Assembly: GCA_947167315.1 (NCBI GenBank)
Contig: CAMVHP010000001.1
Span: 4,021-68,020, forward strand
Direction of reading: 5' to 3'
Length of the DNA: 64,000 nucleotides
From: an uncultured Rickettsiales bacterium
GTDB taxonomy: Bacteria > Pseudomonadota > Alphaproteobacteria > Rickettsiales > UBA1997
The position numbers and the translations under genes are program-made. Shown one piece after another: positions 29,687 through 40,063 of the stretch; within the stretch, counting starts at the first letter, position 1; each line of letters starts with the position of its first letter. Under the pieces are notes generated by a model. The model searched no databases, had not been told where the DNA came from, and saw only the letters and a program-made list of their open reading frames with translations.

Positions 29687-31627
29687 CTACACTTCCATAG
29701 CCGATGTCATATCAACGACTCTGGTTAGTTCATTAAGTGTTGTGTAACCCATTATAACCTTCTGCATACCATCAATCTGCATTGGTATAAAGCCGTTTTT
29801 ACTCAAATACTGTGTGAATTCCTTTTTAGTGGCTCTTCTAGTAATCATTTCATCAAGTTCCTTATCTATATCTATTATTTCAGCCACAGCCATTCGCCCA
29901 GCAAAACCGGTATTTCTACATTTTTCACAACCGACGGAATCATACAATTCTGGCACTTTAGAGGCAATTTTTTCCCCCAACACTCTAGTAATCATACCTT
30001 TTTCCTGATCCGTCACCGGTCTTTTCTTTTTGCAATGTGGACATAGTTTTCTCGCCAATCTCTGTGCTATAACACAGATTAAAGAACCGGACAATAGGTA
30101 TGGTTCAACACCTATCTGCATTAATCTAGGAATAGCAGAAAATGCATCGTTTGTATGTAATGATGAAAACACCTGGTGTCCGGTCATAGCTGCCTGAACC
30201 GCAGCCAAAGCCGTTTCTCTATCCCTGATTTCACCCACCAATATAACATCTGGGTCTTGACGCATTAACGTTCTTATACCATCAGCAAAGTCCAAACCAA
30301 TATCCGGATTAATGTTTGTCTGTCTCAACAGCGGTATTCTATACTCCACTGGGTTTTCCAAAGTCATTATATTCTTTTCAATGCTGTTTATCATACTCAG
30401 CACAGTATACAAAGTTGTGGTTTTACCACTACCAGTAGGACCTGTTATGATAACTATTCCCTCTGGTCTTTTTATACATTTTTTTATTATATTTTGTGTT
30501 TTAGGAAAATAGCCTAATTTATCTAGATTTAATATTGCCTTCTTTTCATCAAGAATTCTCATTACGATGTTTTCACCATCCACCGTAGGTTGACTGGACA
30601 CCCTGAAGTCGATATTTCGTCCTAAAATTTGTGCATTAATTCTTCCATCCTGCGCCTTTCTGGTTTCGGCAATATTCATTCCGGACATAATCTTAATTCT
30701 GACAGCAATGGAACTCCAATAATCCTTATGAAAAGCTTTAATTTGCTCCATCTTACCGTCAATTCTATATCTTAATCGTAGGAAAAAATTTTCAGGTTCA
30801 AAGTGTAAGTCAGATGCTCCAACTCTAACAGCATCAGTCAAAATAGCATCCACAAGTCGCACCATAGGGCTTTTATAGTCTCCACTGGCCGCCTGCTCAT
30901 CGGATGATGCAACTCCGGTCTCAATTTCTCTTAGAATTCCGTCAATAGACATATCATAGTCATAGTATCTATCTATGGCATTTGTTATGTCAGATTCAGA
31001 AGCATAAACCAACTGTATTTTGTAGTTTTGCGGAAAAAATCTTTTTAGTTGGTCGGATACTATAATGTTAAAAATATCGGTTGTGGCAACCGTCACCGTT
31101 TGCTTTACCAGACCAACCGCTATAACCTTATTTTGTGTGGCAAAACCCTTTGGAATTTTTCTAACCAATTTTTGGTCTATAATTAGGGATTTCAAATCAA
31201 AATTTTTTACATCACTGTTGGCGTTTAATATTTCAGAAAGTGTTTTATCACTAATAAAACCCATTCTAACCAATATGGATGTAATATCTTCATTATTGTC
31301 ATTACGCTTTCTTTCCCTAACAGCAACTTCAATTTGGTCCTTTGAAATTATCTGTTTTTTTACTAATTCATCAAGAATATTTATATTTTTGCTTCCGGTG
31401 GAGTTAGAATCTCCATTGGTGTTCGTTTCGGTCCCAGAATTACCATTAGTGTTTTCGTTTTTAACAGTAGTTTTTGTAGTACCAGCATCCGTTGCTTTCG
31501 CTGTAACGGCTTGAGCAGCTGCCTGCTTACCGGTGTCTGAATCTGTAGCTACAGTTCCAGCTGTACCGGCACCCTCAACGGCCTTTGATTCTGTTTTTTT
31601 CTCTTCAACTACTTTATTTTCCGTCAT
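29687..31627 (-). CDS. Type II secretion / type IV pilus assembly ATPase (GspE/PilB/MshE family) with an ~82-aa low-complexity N-terminus
   Basis: T2SSE_N-like region (ILDELVKKQIISKDQIEVAV...ILVRMGFISDKTL), Walker A GPTGSGKTTTLY, Asp and His boxes, and the tetra-Cys Zn site CPHCKK...CEKCRNTGFAGR. Confidence 0.9.
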   Translation of the reverse strand: MTENKVVEEKKTESKAVEGAGTAGTVATDSDTGKQAAAQAVTAKATDAGTTKTTVKNENTNGNSGTETNTNGDSNSTGSKNINILDELVKKQIISKDQIEVAVRERKRNDNNEDITSILVRMGFISDKTLSEILNANSDVKNFDLKSLIIDQKLVRKIPKGFATQNKVIAVGLVKQTVTVATTDIFNIIVSDQLKRFFPQNYKIQLVYASESDITNAIDRYYDYDMSIDGILREIETGVASSDEQAASGDYKSPMVRLVDAILTDAVRVGASDLHFEPENFFLRLRYRIDGKMEQIKAFHKDYWSSIAVRIKIMSGMNIAETRKAQDGRINAQILGRNIDFRVSSQPTVDGENIVMRILDEKKAILNLDKLGYFPKTQNIIKKCIKRPEGIVIITGPTGSGKTTTLYTVLSMINSIEKNIMTLENPVEYRIPLLRQTNINPDIGLDFADGIRTLMRQDPDVILVGEIRDRETALAAVQAAMTGHQVFSSLHTNDAFSAIPRLMQIGVEPYLLSGSLICVIAQRLARKLCPHCKKKRPVTDQEKGMITRVLGEKIASKVPELYDSVGCEKCRNTGFAGRMAVAEIIDIDKELDEMITRRATKKEFTQYLSKNGFIPMQIDGMQKVIMGYTTLNELTRVVDMTSAMEV

Positions 31628-31640
31628 ACAATAAAACTAA

Positions 31641-32165
31641 CTATAAAAATATCCTTTTAAATACTATTAAGAACGTTAAAAGCAAAATACATCTAACGAT
31701 TTTATAATAATCTACTTTATCTCCAGTTCTAATGGTTAGAAATCTGTAGAAAATTTTTTTTACTCCTTCTCTCGACTCTTTTGCCTTTTCTTCCTTTATT
31801 TGTTCATCAGTAAGAGTTTCATATAACTTTTGCTTTTCCACTTCTCTCATCAGATCACTGTTGTATTCCGGATGAATTTTTAATGTCTTTGCTATAAAAT
31901 ACAAATCAAAAATTATTAAAACAAACATCACCAAATCAGCCATATTCAACGTAAATTTACACTTTACCGTCTTTAACATTATAAAATAAACAACACATGG
32001 TATAGTACTCCAGTAGAGCAAAATATTTTTTAAATCCTCTTCTCCGTTTCTACACTTATTAAATGATTTTTTTACAACACCCGCAGCCAAAATAGTTTTT
32101 GATTTTACAAAATTATAGAATTTTAAAGTAATACTTTTAATAAAATTTTTGATTTTTTCTTTCAT
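31641..32165 (-). CDS. Hypothetical 3-TM membrane protein upstream of the ATPase
   Basis: Three hydrophobic helices and a charged loop (EQIKEEKAKESREG). It lies 13 nt upstream of the GspE-like gene on the same strand. I recognise no family. Confidence 0.5.
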   Translation of the reverse strand: MKEKIKNFIKSITLKFYNFVKSKTILAAGVVKKSFNKCRNGEEDLKNILLYWSTIPCVVYFIMLKTVKCKFTLNMADLVMFVLIIFDLYFIAKTLKIHPEYNSDLMREVEKQKLYETLTDEQIKEEKAKESREGVKKIFYRFLTIRTGDKVDYYKIVRCILLLTFLIVFKRIFL

Positions 32166-32370
32166 AATACTTCTATATATTTCAATTGCCTAGATTAAAT
32201 AAAATTCTTATTAAAAAGTCAATAAATTTGTTAAATATTCCGTTTATTTTGCTGGTATAAAATTAAAACACAGATCATCAACTTGGTATAAAATGGTTCA
32301 AACTAAATAATCTATTGACTTATTTAAACAAACATATATTATGAAATACAGTCATATATAAACACAAAAT

Positions 32371-32979
32371 ATGAAAAAAATTATTCTGTCGCTAGCAGTT
32401 CTATTCACATCATGCATGAAGGTGACAGTTACCAGTAGTGATGTGGCAAGCAAAATAACAAGACTTAATCGAGAAATGCCACAGGTAAAAGCTGATTTAG
32501 CTCTAGCAAAACAAATAAAACATAGCATAAACAGCGATAAAAATTCACTTTTATACAAAAATAACTTCAAGGACTTTGGAAGTTACGACATAAAAATCAT
32601 TGAAGGCAGAGTTTTGTTAACCGGAGCCGTTTGTAACGAGGAAATAAAAAGATATATAGTTAACAAAATAACAGAAAATTTGAAGGTTAGAGAATTGTTG
32701 GACGAACTAATGATAAGTAGAGAAAGTCCGTCAAAGTTTTCAGACTTTATGATAAAAAGATCCATAAACACAAAAATATTTGTGACAACAAAAATAAAGT
32801 CATTGAACTACGAAATAACAGTATTTAATGGATATGTATACATAATAGGAATAGCCAGTGACGAAGACGAATTAGAATTAGTAACAAAATCCATCAGTAC
32901 CGTTAAAGGTGTTAAAAAAGTCATCAGTTACATTATAACGGTTGATAGTGATAAAAAAATAAAATTAGAATTTTTGTAG
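32371..32979 (+). CDS. Dual-BON-domain lipoprotein (DolP/YraP-like)
   Basis: Lipobox LFTSC and two BON-like segments (IKIIEGRVLLTGAV; ITVFNGYVYIIGIA...VKGVKKV). Size and layout match E. coli YraP. Confidence 0.7.
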   Translation: MKKIILSLAVLFTSCMKVTVTSSDVASKITRLNREMPQVKADLALAKQIKHSINSDKNSLLYKNNFKDFGSYDIKIIEGRVLLTGAVCNEEIKRYIVNKITENLKVRELLDELMISRESPSKFSDFMIKRSINTKIFVTTKIKSLNYEITVFNGYVYIIGIASDEDELELVTKSISTVKGVKKVISYIITVDSDKKIKLEFL

Positions 32980-33005
32980 TATTTGTAATAAACAATGGGT
33001 AAAAT

Positions 33006-33665
33006 ATGAAAGACAAAGAAAGTTTGATTAGAAGCATTTCTGGAATACTCATAATGCTTGTAATGTTATCCTTTATATATTCCTATAGCATTATATATAG
33101 TCTAATATTCATTATTGTTTTAGGTTCCATCATGGGTATGGAATGGAGTAACATAGTTTCTGACAAAAATGATATGAAAAAGACAAACAGGTGGTTTTTA
33201 ATTGGTGCCGTTTATATAGTGGCAACACTGGTTCCAATGTTTGCATTGAAAATGTCACCATTTGGAAATGATTTTTTAATGTGGTTATTCATACTAACAT
33301 GGAGTACCGATACATTTGCCTACATAGTTGGAGCAAAACTAAAGCTCGCAAAACATAAAATAAGTTCCATAAGTCCAAAAAAATCTTACGAAGGTTTAAT
33401 CGGTGGAACACTTGCCTCCATATATTTTTGTAATCTATTTGCCGCTAAATTTTTACCAGAATACAAAAATATACTTTTATATTTGACACCAATATTGTGT
33501 TGTCTGGAACAGGCTGGAGATTTCACCGAATCTTATGTAAAAAGAAAATTTAACGTAAAGGATAGTGGTAGCATAATACCAGGGCACGGTGGATTTTTGG
33601 ACAGATTTGATGGCTTTTTATATATAACAACAACTCTGTTAATTGTTCTCTATATTGTTGGTTAG
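33006..33665 (+). CDS. cdsA: Phosphatidate cytidylyltransferase
   Basis: Multi-TM protein with the CdsA C-terminal signature SYVKRKFNVKDSGSIIPGHGGFLDRFD. Confidence 0.85.
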   Translation: MKDKESLIRSISGILIMLVMLSFIYSYSIIYSLIFIIVLGSIMGMEWSNIVSDKNDMKKTNRWFLIGAVYIVATLVPMFALKMSPFGNDFLMWLFILTWSTDTFAYIVGAKLKLAKHKISSISPKKSYEGLIGGTLASIYFCNLFAAKFLPEYKNILLYLTPILCCLEQAGDFTESYVKRKFNVKDSGSIIPGHGGFLDRFDGFLYITTTLLIVLYIVG

Positions 33666-34459
33666 TTGGCTTGTTTCTTCAGTCTTATCAAAAATATAAT
33701 ACCGCATACAAGTATTGGAAGCGATAGAATTTGTCCCATTGTTATGTGTTTCAGTATAAAGCCAATTTGCATATCCGGCTCCCTAAAAAATTCAACAAAT
33801 ATCCTAAAAGTCGAATAAAGTACTAAAAATAAGGAAGAATTTAACCCAATTTTCTTAAATTTTTTAATATAAACAACAATATTCATAATTAAAAACAAAA
33901 GCACTCCCTCCAGCAGAGCCTCATAAAGTTGGCTTGGATGTCTAGCTACACCGTCAGCCGTTGGAAACACCATTCCCCACGGCATATTTGTTGGTCGCCC
34001 ATAAAGTTCCAAATTTATAAAATTAGCCAATCTACCTAAAAATAAACCTATTGGAACAACTGACGATAAAACATCAAAAAACAACATTTTATTTATGTTG
34101 TATTTTTTACAAAATAAAATTGAAGCAACCACAGCACCAATAAATCCACCATGAAATGACATTCCGCCCTTCCACACTGCAAATACATCAACAAAATTAT
34201 GTAGATAATAGTTAAAATCATAAAACAAAATGTAAGCGAGTCTACCACCCACCACTATACCTATAATTCCATAGAAAAAGAAATCGTCGCAAAAGCTATT
34301 TTTATCCTCTTCGGCGAATAGTTTTAAATCGTACTTTTTGTTATAGTATTTCAATAATAACCAGGCAAAAACTATTCCTAATATGTAGGCCAATGAGTAC
34401 CATTTTATATGTATAAATCCAAATGATATTATGTTTGTGTTAAATACCGGTAAAATCAT
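33662..34459 (-). CDS. lgt: Prolipoprotein diacylglyceryl transferase
   Basis: IHIKWYSLAYILGI, GGRLAYILFY, GGMSFHGGFIG, GRLANFIN.ELYGRPT..PWGMVF and HPSQLYEA are Lgt signature blocks. Confidence 0.9.
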   Translation of the reverse strand: MILPVFNTNIISFGFIHIKWYSLAYILGIVFAWLLLKYYNKKYDLKLFAEEDKNSFCDDFFFYGIIGIVVGGRLAYILFYDFNYYLHNFVDVFAVWKGGMSFHGGFIGAVVASILFCKKYNINKMLFFDVLSSVVPIGLFLGRLANFINLELYGRPTNMPWGMVFPTADGVARHPSQLYEALLEGVLLFLIMNIVVYIKKFKKIGLNSSLFLVLYSTFRIFVEFFREPDMQIGFILKHITMGQILSLPILVCGIIFLIRLKKQAN

Positions 34460-34550
34460 GTTAATACTAATTATAGTTATATTTTGTTAGTATGTTACGT
34501 ATAGAGCGAAAAAAGTCAACGATAATTTTATTATTAGCTCAATGGTATAA

Positions 34551-36116
34551 CTACAATTCCTTAAAAAATAAATCCAATCCTTTATCGTAGTAGTCACTGC
34601 TGATACCAAATAATCCCATAAAGGAGTGAAAAATATTATCATGAGAATATTCACCTGAACCTATTTTATTTAGATTATCCACATCAATACCGTAATCTTC
34701 AACAAAATCGCTTGAAAACCAAAACATAAAGGGTATGTGCTTTTGATAATCATTGGCGATTCTATACGGATATCCATGCATTATTTGCTTATTTTCGCCC
34801 AGTGAATCACCATGATCTGATACAAAAATAAACATAATATTAAAATCATTTTCCTTTGTTTTCAAAAATTCTATGATTTTCTTTATAAAATAGCTTGTGT
34901 AGTATATCGTGTTATCGTACGCATTCACAACATCTTTATATTCACAGTTTTGTATCTCGTCATTACATACCGGTGTAAAAATTTCAAATTCCTTTGGATA
35001 CCTGTTTGAATATTGTGGTCCATGACTACCCCTCTGGTGCAAAACAATAAATAAATCTTCATCGTAATTTTTAGTGTCCCTTTCTAAATATTTTAACATA
35101 TCCATATCATAATCAGCCTCAGCCATTTCAAAATTAATTCTATCACATACTCCCTTACAGCTACCGTTATTACTATACCAATTTACTCTATAGCCAATTT
35201 TTTTAAACACATCAATCAAATTTTCATATCTGTTTGTTTTTTTTACAGAAAAGTTTTTTCTATCCAGATGCGAAAACATACAGGGAACACTTATAAAAGT
35301 TGATGTACCACAGGAGTAGAAATTACTAAAATTGATTATATTATAATCTTTTAACATGTCACTTGTATTTCTGCTGTATCCATTTAGGGAAAAATTATCA
35401 GCTCTAGCAGATTCACCCAAAAGAAATACTATTAAATTTTTTTTGCGATGTTCCACTAAATTATTTTGATTTTTGTTTGCCACTTCAATAATATCTCTAG
35501 ATTTAATAAACGTGGTTTTGCTGATAAAATCAACATTAGCTTTTATATAATTTATTGGCATAAGGTAGTCAATGCTATGCTTATTTTTTTTCAGGAAAAG
35601 CAAATAATTGCCACTAAACAAAGTTAGTAACAAATTAAACAACACATAAAACAAAATCCCAATTGAAATCTTAACTCTTGTCTGCACCGTCTCAAATTTC
35701 CAGCTACTTTTGAAAAATTTAAAATATAACAGTGTTGGTACAATTCCAAAAAATATTAAATATAAAATTAGTTTTATGTTAATAAATTCGATTGCCTCGT
35801 TGAAATTTGTTCCAAATAGATTCGAAATTGCTTCATAGTTTACTGACAATAAAAAACTATTCATAAAATATAAAGCTAAAGAATTACACAAAAATAATAT
35901 TGGTATATAGTACTTTTTAGTCTTCATGTTTAAAATTAATATATTCAATAGATACACCAACAAAAAACCAATAAAAACCAAATTTACTTTGTATATAAAA
36001 CTATAACTTTTGCTAAAAATATTCACCACAAACGGCAAAGAGTATATTATAAAATAAACTATACTAAAAACCAGTATTTGTTGTGTTTTTAGTATTTTTT
36101 GTATCCTTTTAAACAT
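34551..36116 (-). CDS. Phosphoethanolamine transferase (EptA/sulfatase family)
   Basis: An N-terminal 5-TM region is followed by a sulfatase domain (VFLLGESARADNFSLNGYSRNTS..., HQRGSHGPQY, VSDHGDSLGE). Confidence 0.85.
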   Translation of the reverse strand: MFKRIQKILKTQQILVFSIVYFIIYSLPFVVNIFSKSYSFIYKVNLVFIGFLLVYLLNILILNMKTKKYYIPILFLCNSLALYFMNSFLLSVNYEAISNLFGTNFNEAIEFINIKLILYLIFFGIVPTLLYFKFFKSSWKFETVQTRVKISIGILFYVLFNLLLTLFSGNYLLFLKKNKHSIDYLMPINYIKANVDFISKTTFIKSRDIIEVANKNQNNLVEHRKKNLIVFLLGESARADNFSLNGYSRNTSDMLKDYNIINFSNFYSCGTSTFISVPCMFSHLDRKNFSVKKTNRYENLIDVFKKIGYRVNWYSNNGSCKGVCDRINFEMAEADYDMDMLKYLERDTKNYDEDLFIVLHQRGSHGPQYSNRYPKEFEIFTPVCNDEIQNCEYKDVVNAYDNTIYYTSYFIKKIIEFLKTKENDFNIMFIFVSDHGDSLGENKQIMHGYPYRIANDYQKHIPFMFWFSSDFVEDYGIDVDNLNKIGSGEYSHDNIFHSFMGLFGISSDYYDKGLDLFFKEL

Positions 36117-36129
36117 TTAAATTTCCAAT

Positions 36130-37824
36130 TCATTTATAAACCTTCAGCAGACTATCTGCCATATTCAATGCCTCATCCGTCAACACATCTCCGGCTATCA
36201 TTTTTGCTATTTCCTGTTTTCTCTGCTCTTCGTCAAGTTTTTCTATAATTGTATATGTTTTACCACCTTCGACTTTTTTAGATATTTTAAAATGATTGTT
36301 TCCCTTTGAGGCAACCTGTGGGAGATGTGTTATAACGAAAACTTGTAGGTTTTGTCCTAATTTTCTCAGTCTTTCACCTATAGCATCAGCCACAGAACCA
36401 CTAACTCCAGTATCTATTTCATCAAATATCAATGTTGGTACGGACTTGACCTTTGATAAAACCACCTTAAGTGCCAACATAAATCTCGACAATTCACCAC
36501 CAGAAGCAACCTTTGATAAATCATCGGGATTAGTACCGGCATTCATCGACACTAAAAACCTAACGCCATCTATGCCATTTCTACCCCAAGCGTTTTCATT
36601 TAGATCGGTAAATTCCGTTTCAAATCTAGTGTTTTCCATCTTCAGAGGTCTTAACTCCTCCAATATTTCGCCCTTTAATCTTTCAGCAATGGCTTTTCTT
36701 TGGGTTCTTAATTTTTCCGCTTCAGTCAGATACTGTTTTTTTAATTCATTAAAGTTTTTATCCAAATCTCCAATTTCAACGTTTTTACTTTTTAAATCTT
36801 CCAATTTCTTTTCACACTCCACTAAAAAATCAGGAATTGAATCGCTTGGTATATTAAACTTTCTGGCCATACCTCTAATGGCAAAAAGTCGTTCCTCCAC
36901 ATCATTCAGTGAATACTCATCAAAATTTAAAGAATCATAAATCAAATCAATTTTATTCAACCCTTCGTTAAACTCTATGATACTTTTTTCTAAATAATCT
37001 ATTACATCCTCAAATGCATTTTTTCCTTCATCCAGCAGATTTTCACCTAAATTTATTCCTCTACTTAAAATACTTTGGGCAGAACTTATCATTTTCACAA
37101 CAGAATCCTGACCATCAACCGTGTTTTTTACATTTTCCAGCACCGATAGTACTTTTTCCTTATTCATCAAAATATTTCTTCTTTCATTCAATTCTTCTTC
37201 TTCGCCAGCACTAATATTCATCTTTCTAATTTCGTCAGTTATGTGTTCCAAATAGTCAATTTCTTTCTCTATACTATCTTTATTGTTTAATAGATTTAAA
37301 TAGTCGCTTTCAGTCGCTTTCATTTTTTCGTATAGGTCAGCAACTGTATTTTTTTGCTGTGTTAGATGTCCATATTCGTCCAGTATATCTCTATGAAAAC
37401 TTAGATTTAATAATCCCCTTTGGTCATGCTGTCCGTGTATTTCCACCAGTGTTTCACCAATTTGGTTCAGAAAATTTTGGCTAACCACAATGTCATTTAT
37501 AAATGCTTTACTTTTACCATCATCAGTTATAACTCTTCTTAAAATTATTTCATCATCATACGCTATACCCATTTCGTCCAGCAATTGTTTACAGGAAGAG
37601 TTACCATCAACGTTGAATGTGGCCACGACACTACCCTGTTTTTCACCATTTCTCAATAACCTACTGCTGGATCTAACACCTATAGCGAGAGATAGAGCAT
37701 CCAACAGTATAGATTTACCGGAACCAGTTTCACCTGTCAAAATACATAAATTATTATTAAAATCTATATTTGCTTCGTCTATTAAAACAATGTTTTTTAT
37801 TATTAAATTCTTTAGCAAAGTCAC
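36130..37824 (-). CDS. recN: DNA repair protein RecN
   Basis: SMC-like protein: N-terminal Walker A GETGSGKSILLDAL, a long coiled coil, and C-terminal ASGGELSR...LIFDEIDTG. Confidence 0.95.
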   Translation of the reverse strand: MTLLKNLIIKNIVLIDEANIDFNNNLCILTGETGSGKSILLDALSLAIGVRSSSRLLRNGEKQGSVVATFNVDGNSSCKQLLDEMGIAYDDEIILRRVITDDGKSKAFINDIVVSQNFLNQIGETLVEIHGQHDQRGLLNLSFHRDILDEYGHLTQQKNTVADLYEKMKATESDYLNLLNNKDSIEKEIDYLEHITDEIRKMNISAGEEEELNERRNILMNKEKVLSVLENVKNTVDGQDSVVKMISSAQSILSRGINLGENLLDEGKNAFEDVIDYLEKSIIEFNEGLNKIDLIYDSLNFDEYSLNDVEERLFAIRGMARKFNIPSDSIPDFLVECEKKLEDLKSKNVEIGDLDKNFNELKKQYLTEAEKLRTQRKAIAERLKGEILEELRPLKMENTRFETEFTDLNENAWGRNGIDGVRFLVSMNAGTNPDDLSKVASGGELSRFMLALKVVLSKVKSVPTLIFDEIDTGVSGSVADAIGERLRKLGQNLQVFVITHLPQVASKGNNHFKISKKVEGGKTYTIIEKLDEEQRKQEIAKMIAGDVLTDEALNMADSLLKVYK

Positions 37825-37873
37825 AAATTATTTACACTTGACCCTATTATATTTTTAAAATTGTTTAAATCAA

Positions 37874-37901
37874 CAAAAAAACCCACCAAAAAAGTGGTGG
37901 G
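37874..37901 (-). terminator. Rho-independent terminator after pal
   Basis: On the minus strand: CCCACCA-CTTTTT-TGGTGGG followed by TTTTTTT. On the plus strand the stem is at 37882-37901 and the A-run at 37874-37881. Confidence 0.7.
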
Positions 37902-37931
37902 TTTAATTTGTCCAATATACAAACGTACAGG

Positions 37932-38408
37932 TTATTTTATTTCTACAACAACTGCTCTTCTGTTTTTTGACCAAACAGCTTCACCGGTTCCAACCATGTC
38001 TGGCTTTTCTTTACCGTAACTAATGGTTTTAATTCTACCTGCAGCCACATTCTTAGAAACTAGGTAATTTTTAACTGCTTCTGCTCTTTTTTTACCTAAA
38101 GCCAAGTTGTATTCTCTTGTTCCTCTCTCGTCGCAGTGTCCCTCTACGATGATTTTAATGTCTTTTTTATCATTCAACCAGTCAGCAACTGTGTTTAATG
38201 TCTTTTTTGTTGAAGTACTCAGTGCTGCACTATCAAATGAAAAATAAACCTTATCCGGAACAACTACAGTTTCATTCTTTACCTTTGTCTGTGTTTGTGT
38301 GTTAACTCTTTCTGCCTCCGTTTCAGAGTCTATTGTATCATATTTTTTGCCACAAGCACTTATTATTGAAAGTGTTAGCAGCAATATTAAATACTTCTTT
38401 ATCTTCAT
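37932..38408 (-). CDS. pal: Peptidoglycan-associated lipoprotein Pal
   Basis: Lipobox IISAC and an OmpA-like domain (VYFSFDSAAL..., IIVEGHCDERGTREYNLALGKKRA, NRRAVV). I chose the start at MKIKKY, which has a GGAG RBS. The longer ORF reaches 38420. Confidence 0.9.
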   Translation of the reverse strand: MKIKKYLILLLTLSIISACGKKYDTIDSETEAERVNTQTQTKVKNETVVVPDKVYFSFDSAALSTSTKKTLNTVADWLNDKKDIKIIVEGHCDERGTREYNLALGKKRAEAVKNYLVSKNVAAGRIKTISYGKEKPDMVGTGEAVWSKNRRAVVVEIK

Positions 38409-38480
38409 TATTAACTCCAAAGTTAGTTATATCTACGACGTAATAATAAATTTTGTTTTTTAAAAAATCAACAGTTAATA

Positions 38481-39998
38481 TCATTGTTTTTCTCTTTTTA
38501 TCAACATATTAATATCAACTATTTTTAACCACAGGGACATACCCAAATATATGATTCCAGATATTGTTGACGTAACAATAAAACCAACAAACTGATGCGT
38601 CATAAAACATCTTTTCAGAAGAATTATCGACAATACCATAAACAATAGCGGGTATATCAATTTTGTAATTTTTAAATAAAACATTTGTGACAAAATTATC
38701 TGTTTTCTAACTTTAAGTACAGTGGACAAAATCAAAAAATTAAAATAGGATGAGATAACTGTTGATAAAACTATACCTCTATAGCTCAACAATCTTACAA
38801 ATACTAAATTTAAAATTACATTCGAAATCAAATTAACCAATGAAGATAGCATTGGGATTTTTGTATCTTTATTAGCATAAAATATCGTCTGAAGTATTTT
38901 AATAACTATAAAAACAGGCAATGAAAAGGCATATATTCTTAAACAACCGACCACCGCCATAGAGTCGGCGGAGGTAAATTCACCTCTCTGGAAAAGTATA
39001 GGTATAAAAACATCCGATAGCAAAAACAAGCCAATGGCACAGGGTAAACCTAAAAACAGAGCAAAAAATATAGAATTTTCCTGTATTTCAAATGTGTTTT
39101 TGTCCTGCAATGTTATCTTTTTTGATAAAGTTGGCAAAATTATTGTACTTATAGCGATTCCTATCAAAGCCAGCGGCAACTGCGATATTCTATCGGCAAA
39201 ATAAATAAAAGATACAGCTCCAACTATACCGGATGCCATTATGGTATCAACCACAGAATTTATCTGCACTATACCATACCCTAAAAAGCCATTAAGGAAA
39301 TTTTTAAAAAATTTTTTCGTTATTTCGTCAAATTTTGGAAAAACCGGATATAATACAATTTTGTTTTTAAGCGTAAAAAATAAAATCCACAAAAACTGTA
39401 ATATTCCACCCACCACAACACCGTAGGATAAAAGATAAGCTACGTTTACATTGATAAACGAGGAAAGTACTGAAAAAAATATCAATGTTATATTTAAAAT
39501 TACAGATCTTACGGAAACGGCAGCAAACTTATTGTAGGAGTTTAGTACCGCCGACATAAAACTAGTTAGTGATATAAAAATTAGATATAATATTGTTATT
39601 TTGGATAGTAAAACAGTTAACCTAAATTTATCCACATCATTTAAAAAACCGGGGGCAAGTATGCTGACAATTTTAGGCATAAATATCTCTGCTAAAATAG
39701 TTATTATCAACATCACATAAATCAATAGAGAAAAAATATTTCTAGAAAAATTCATAACCTCATCTTTTTTTTCACTTTTAGCCAATTCACTGGAAAAAAG
39801 TGGGATAAACGCCGAATTAAAAGCACCCTCGGCAAGAATGTTTCTGAAACAGTTTGGTAACTTAAATGCCGTTAAAAATACATCCGCAAAATAACCAGTT
39901 CCTAAATATTTTGCAAAAAATATGTCCCTTATAAACCCAAATACTCTTGACAGCAAAGTACAAAAACTCACCACTAGAGTTGTTTTTAAAAAATTCAT
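38481..39998 (-). CDS. murJ: Lipid II flippase MurJ (MviN)
   Basis: LLSRVFGFIRDIFFAKYLGTG...FRNILAEGAFNSAFIPLF is the MurJ N-terminal signature, followed by about 14 TM helices. I chose the start at MNFLKTT (ATG 39996-39998). The longer ORF to 40112 would overlap the divergent ankyrin gene. Confidence 0.9.
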   Translation of the reverse strand: MNFLKTTLVVSFCTLLSRVFGFIRDIFFAKYLGTGYFADVFLTAFKLPNCFRNILAEGAFNSAFIPLFSSELAKSEKKDEVMNFSRNIFSLLIYVMLIITILAEIFMPKIVSILAPGFLNDVDKFRLTVLLSKITILYLIFISLTSFMSAVLNSYNKFAAVSVRSVILNITLIFFSVLSSFINVNVAYLLSYGVVVGGILQFLWILFFTLKNKIVLYPVFPKFDEITKKFFKNFLNGFLGYGIVQINSVVDTIMASGIVGAVSFIYFADRISQLPLALIGIAISTIILPTLSKKITLQDKNTFEIQENSIFFALFLGLPCAIGLFLLSDVFIPILFQRGEFTSADSMAVVGCLRIYAFSLPVFIVIKILQTIFYANKDTKIPMLSSLVNLISNVILNLVFVRLLSYRGIVLSTVISSYFNFLILSTVLKVRKQIILSQMFYLKITKLIYPLLFMVLSIILLKRCFMTHQFVGFIVTSTISGIIYLGMSLWLKIVDINMLIKREKQ

Positions 39999-40063
39999 TT
40001 TTAACTTTAAACTTGATTTTATATTAAGAAATAATATTATTTTGTAAAATTTCAACTTTTTTA

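Noticed and set aside
36296-36940. 214-aa ORF antisense to recN
   Set aside because: It is a shadow ORF inside a strongly supported recN with low-complexity S/F/N composition. The same reasoning applies to the other antisense ORFs in the track, for example 4326-4781, 21711-22202, 31065-31514, 42838-43302, 53983-54426 and 14993-15373.
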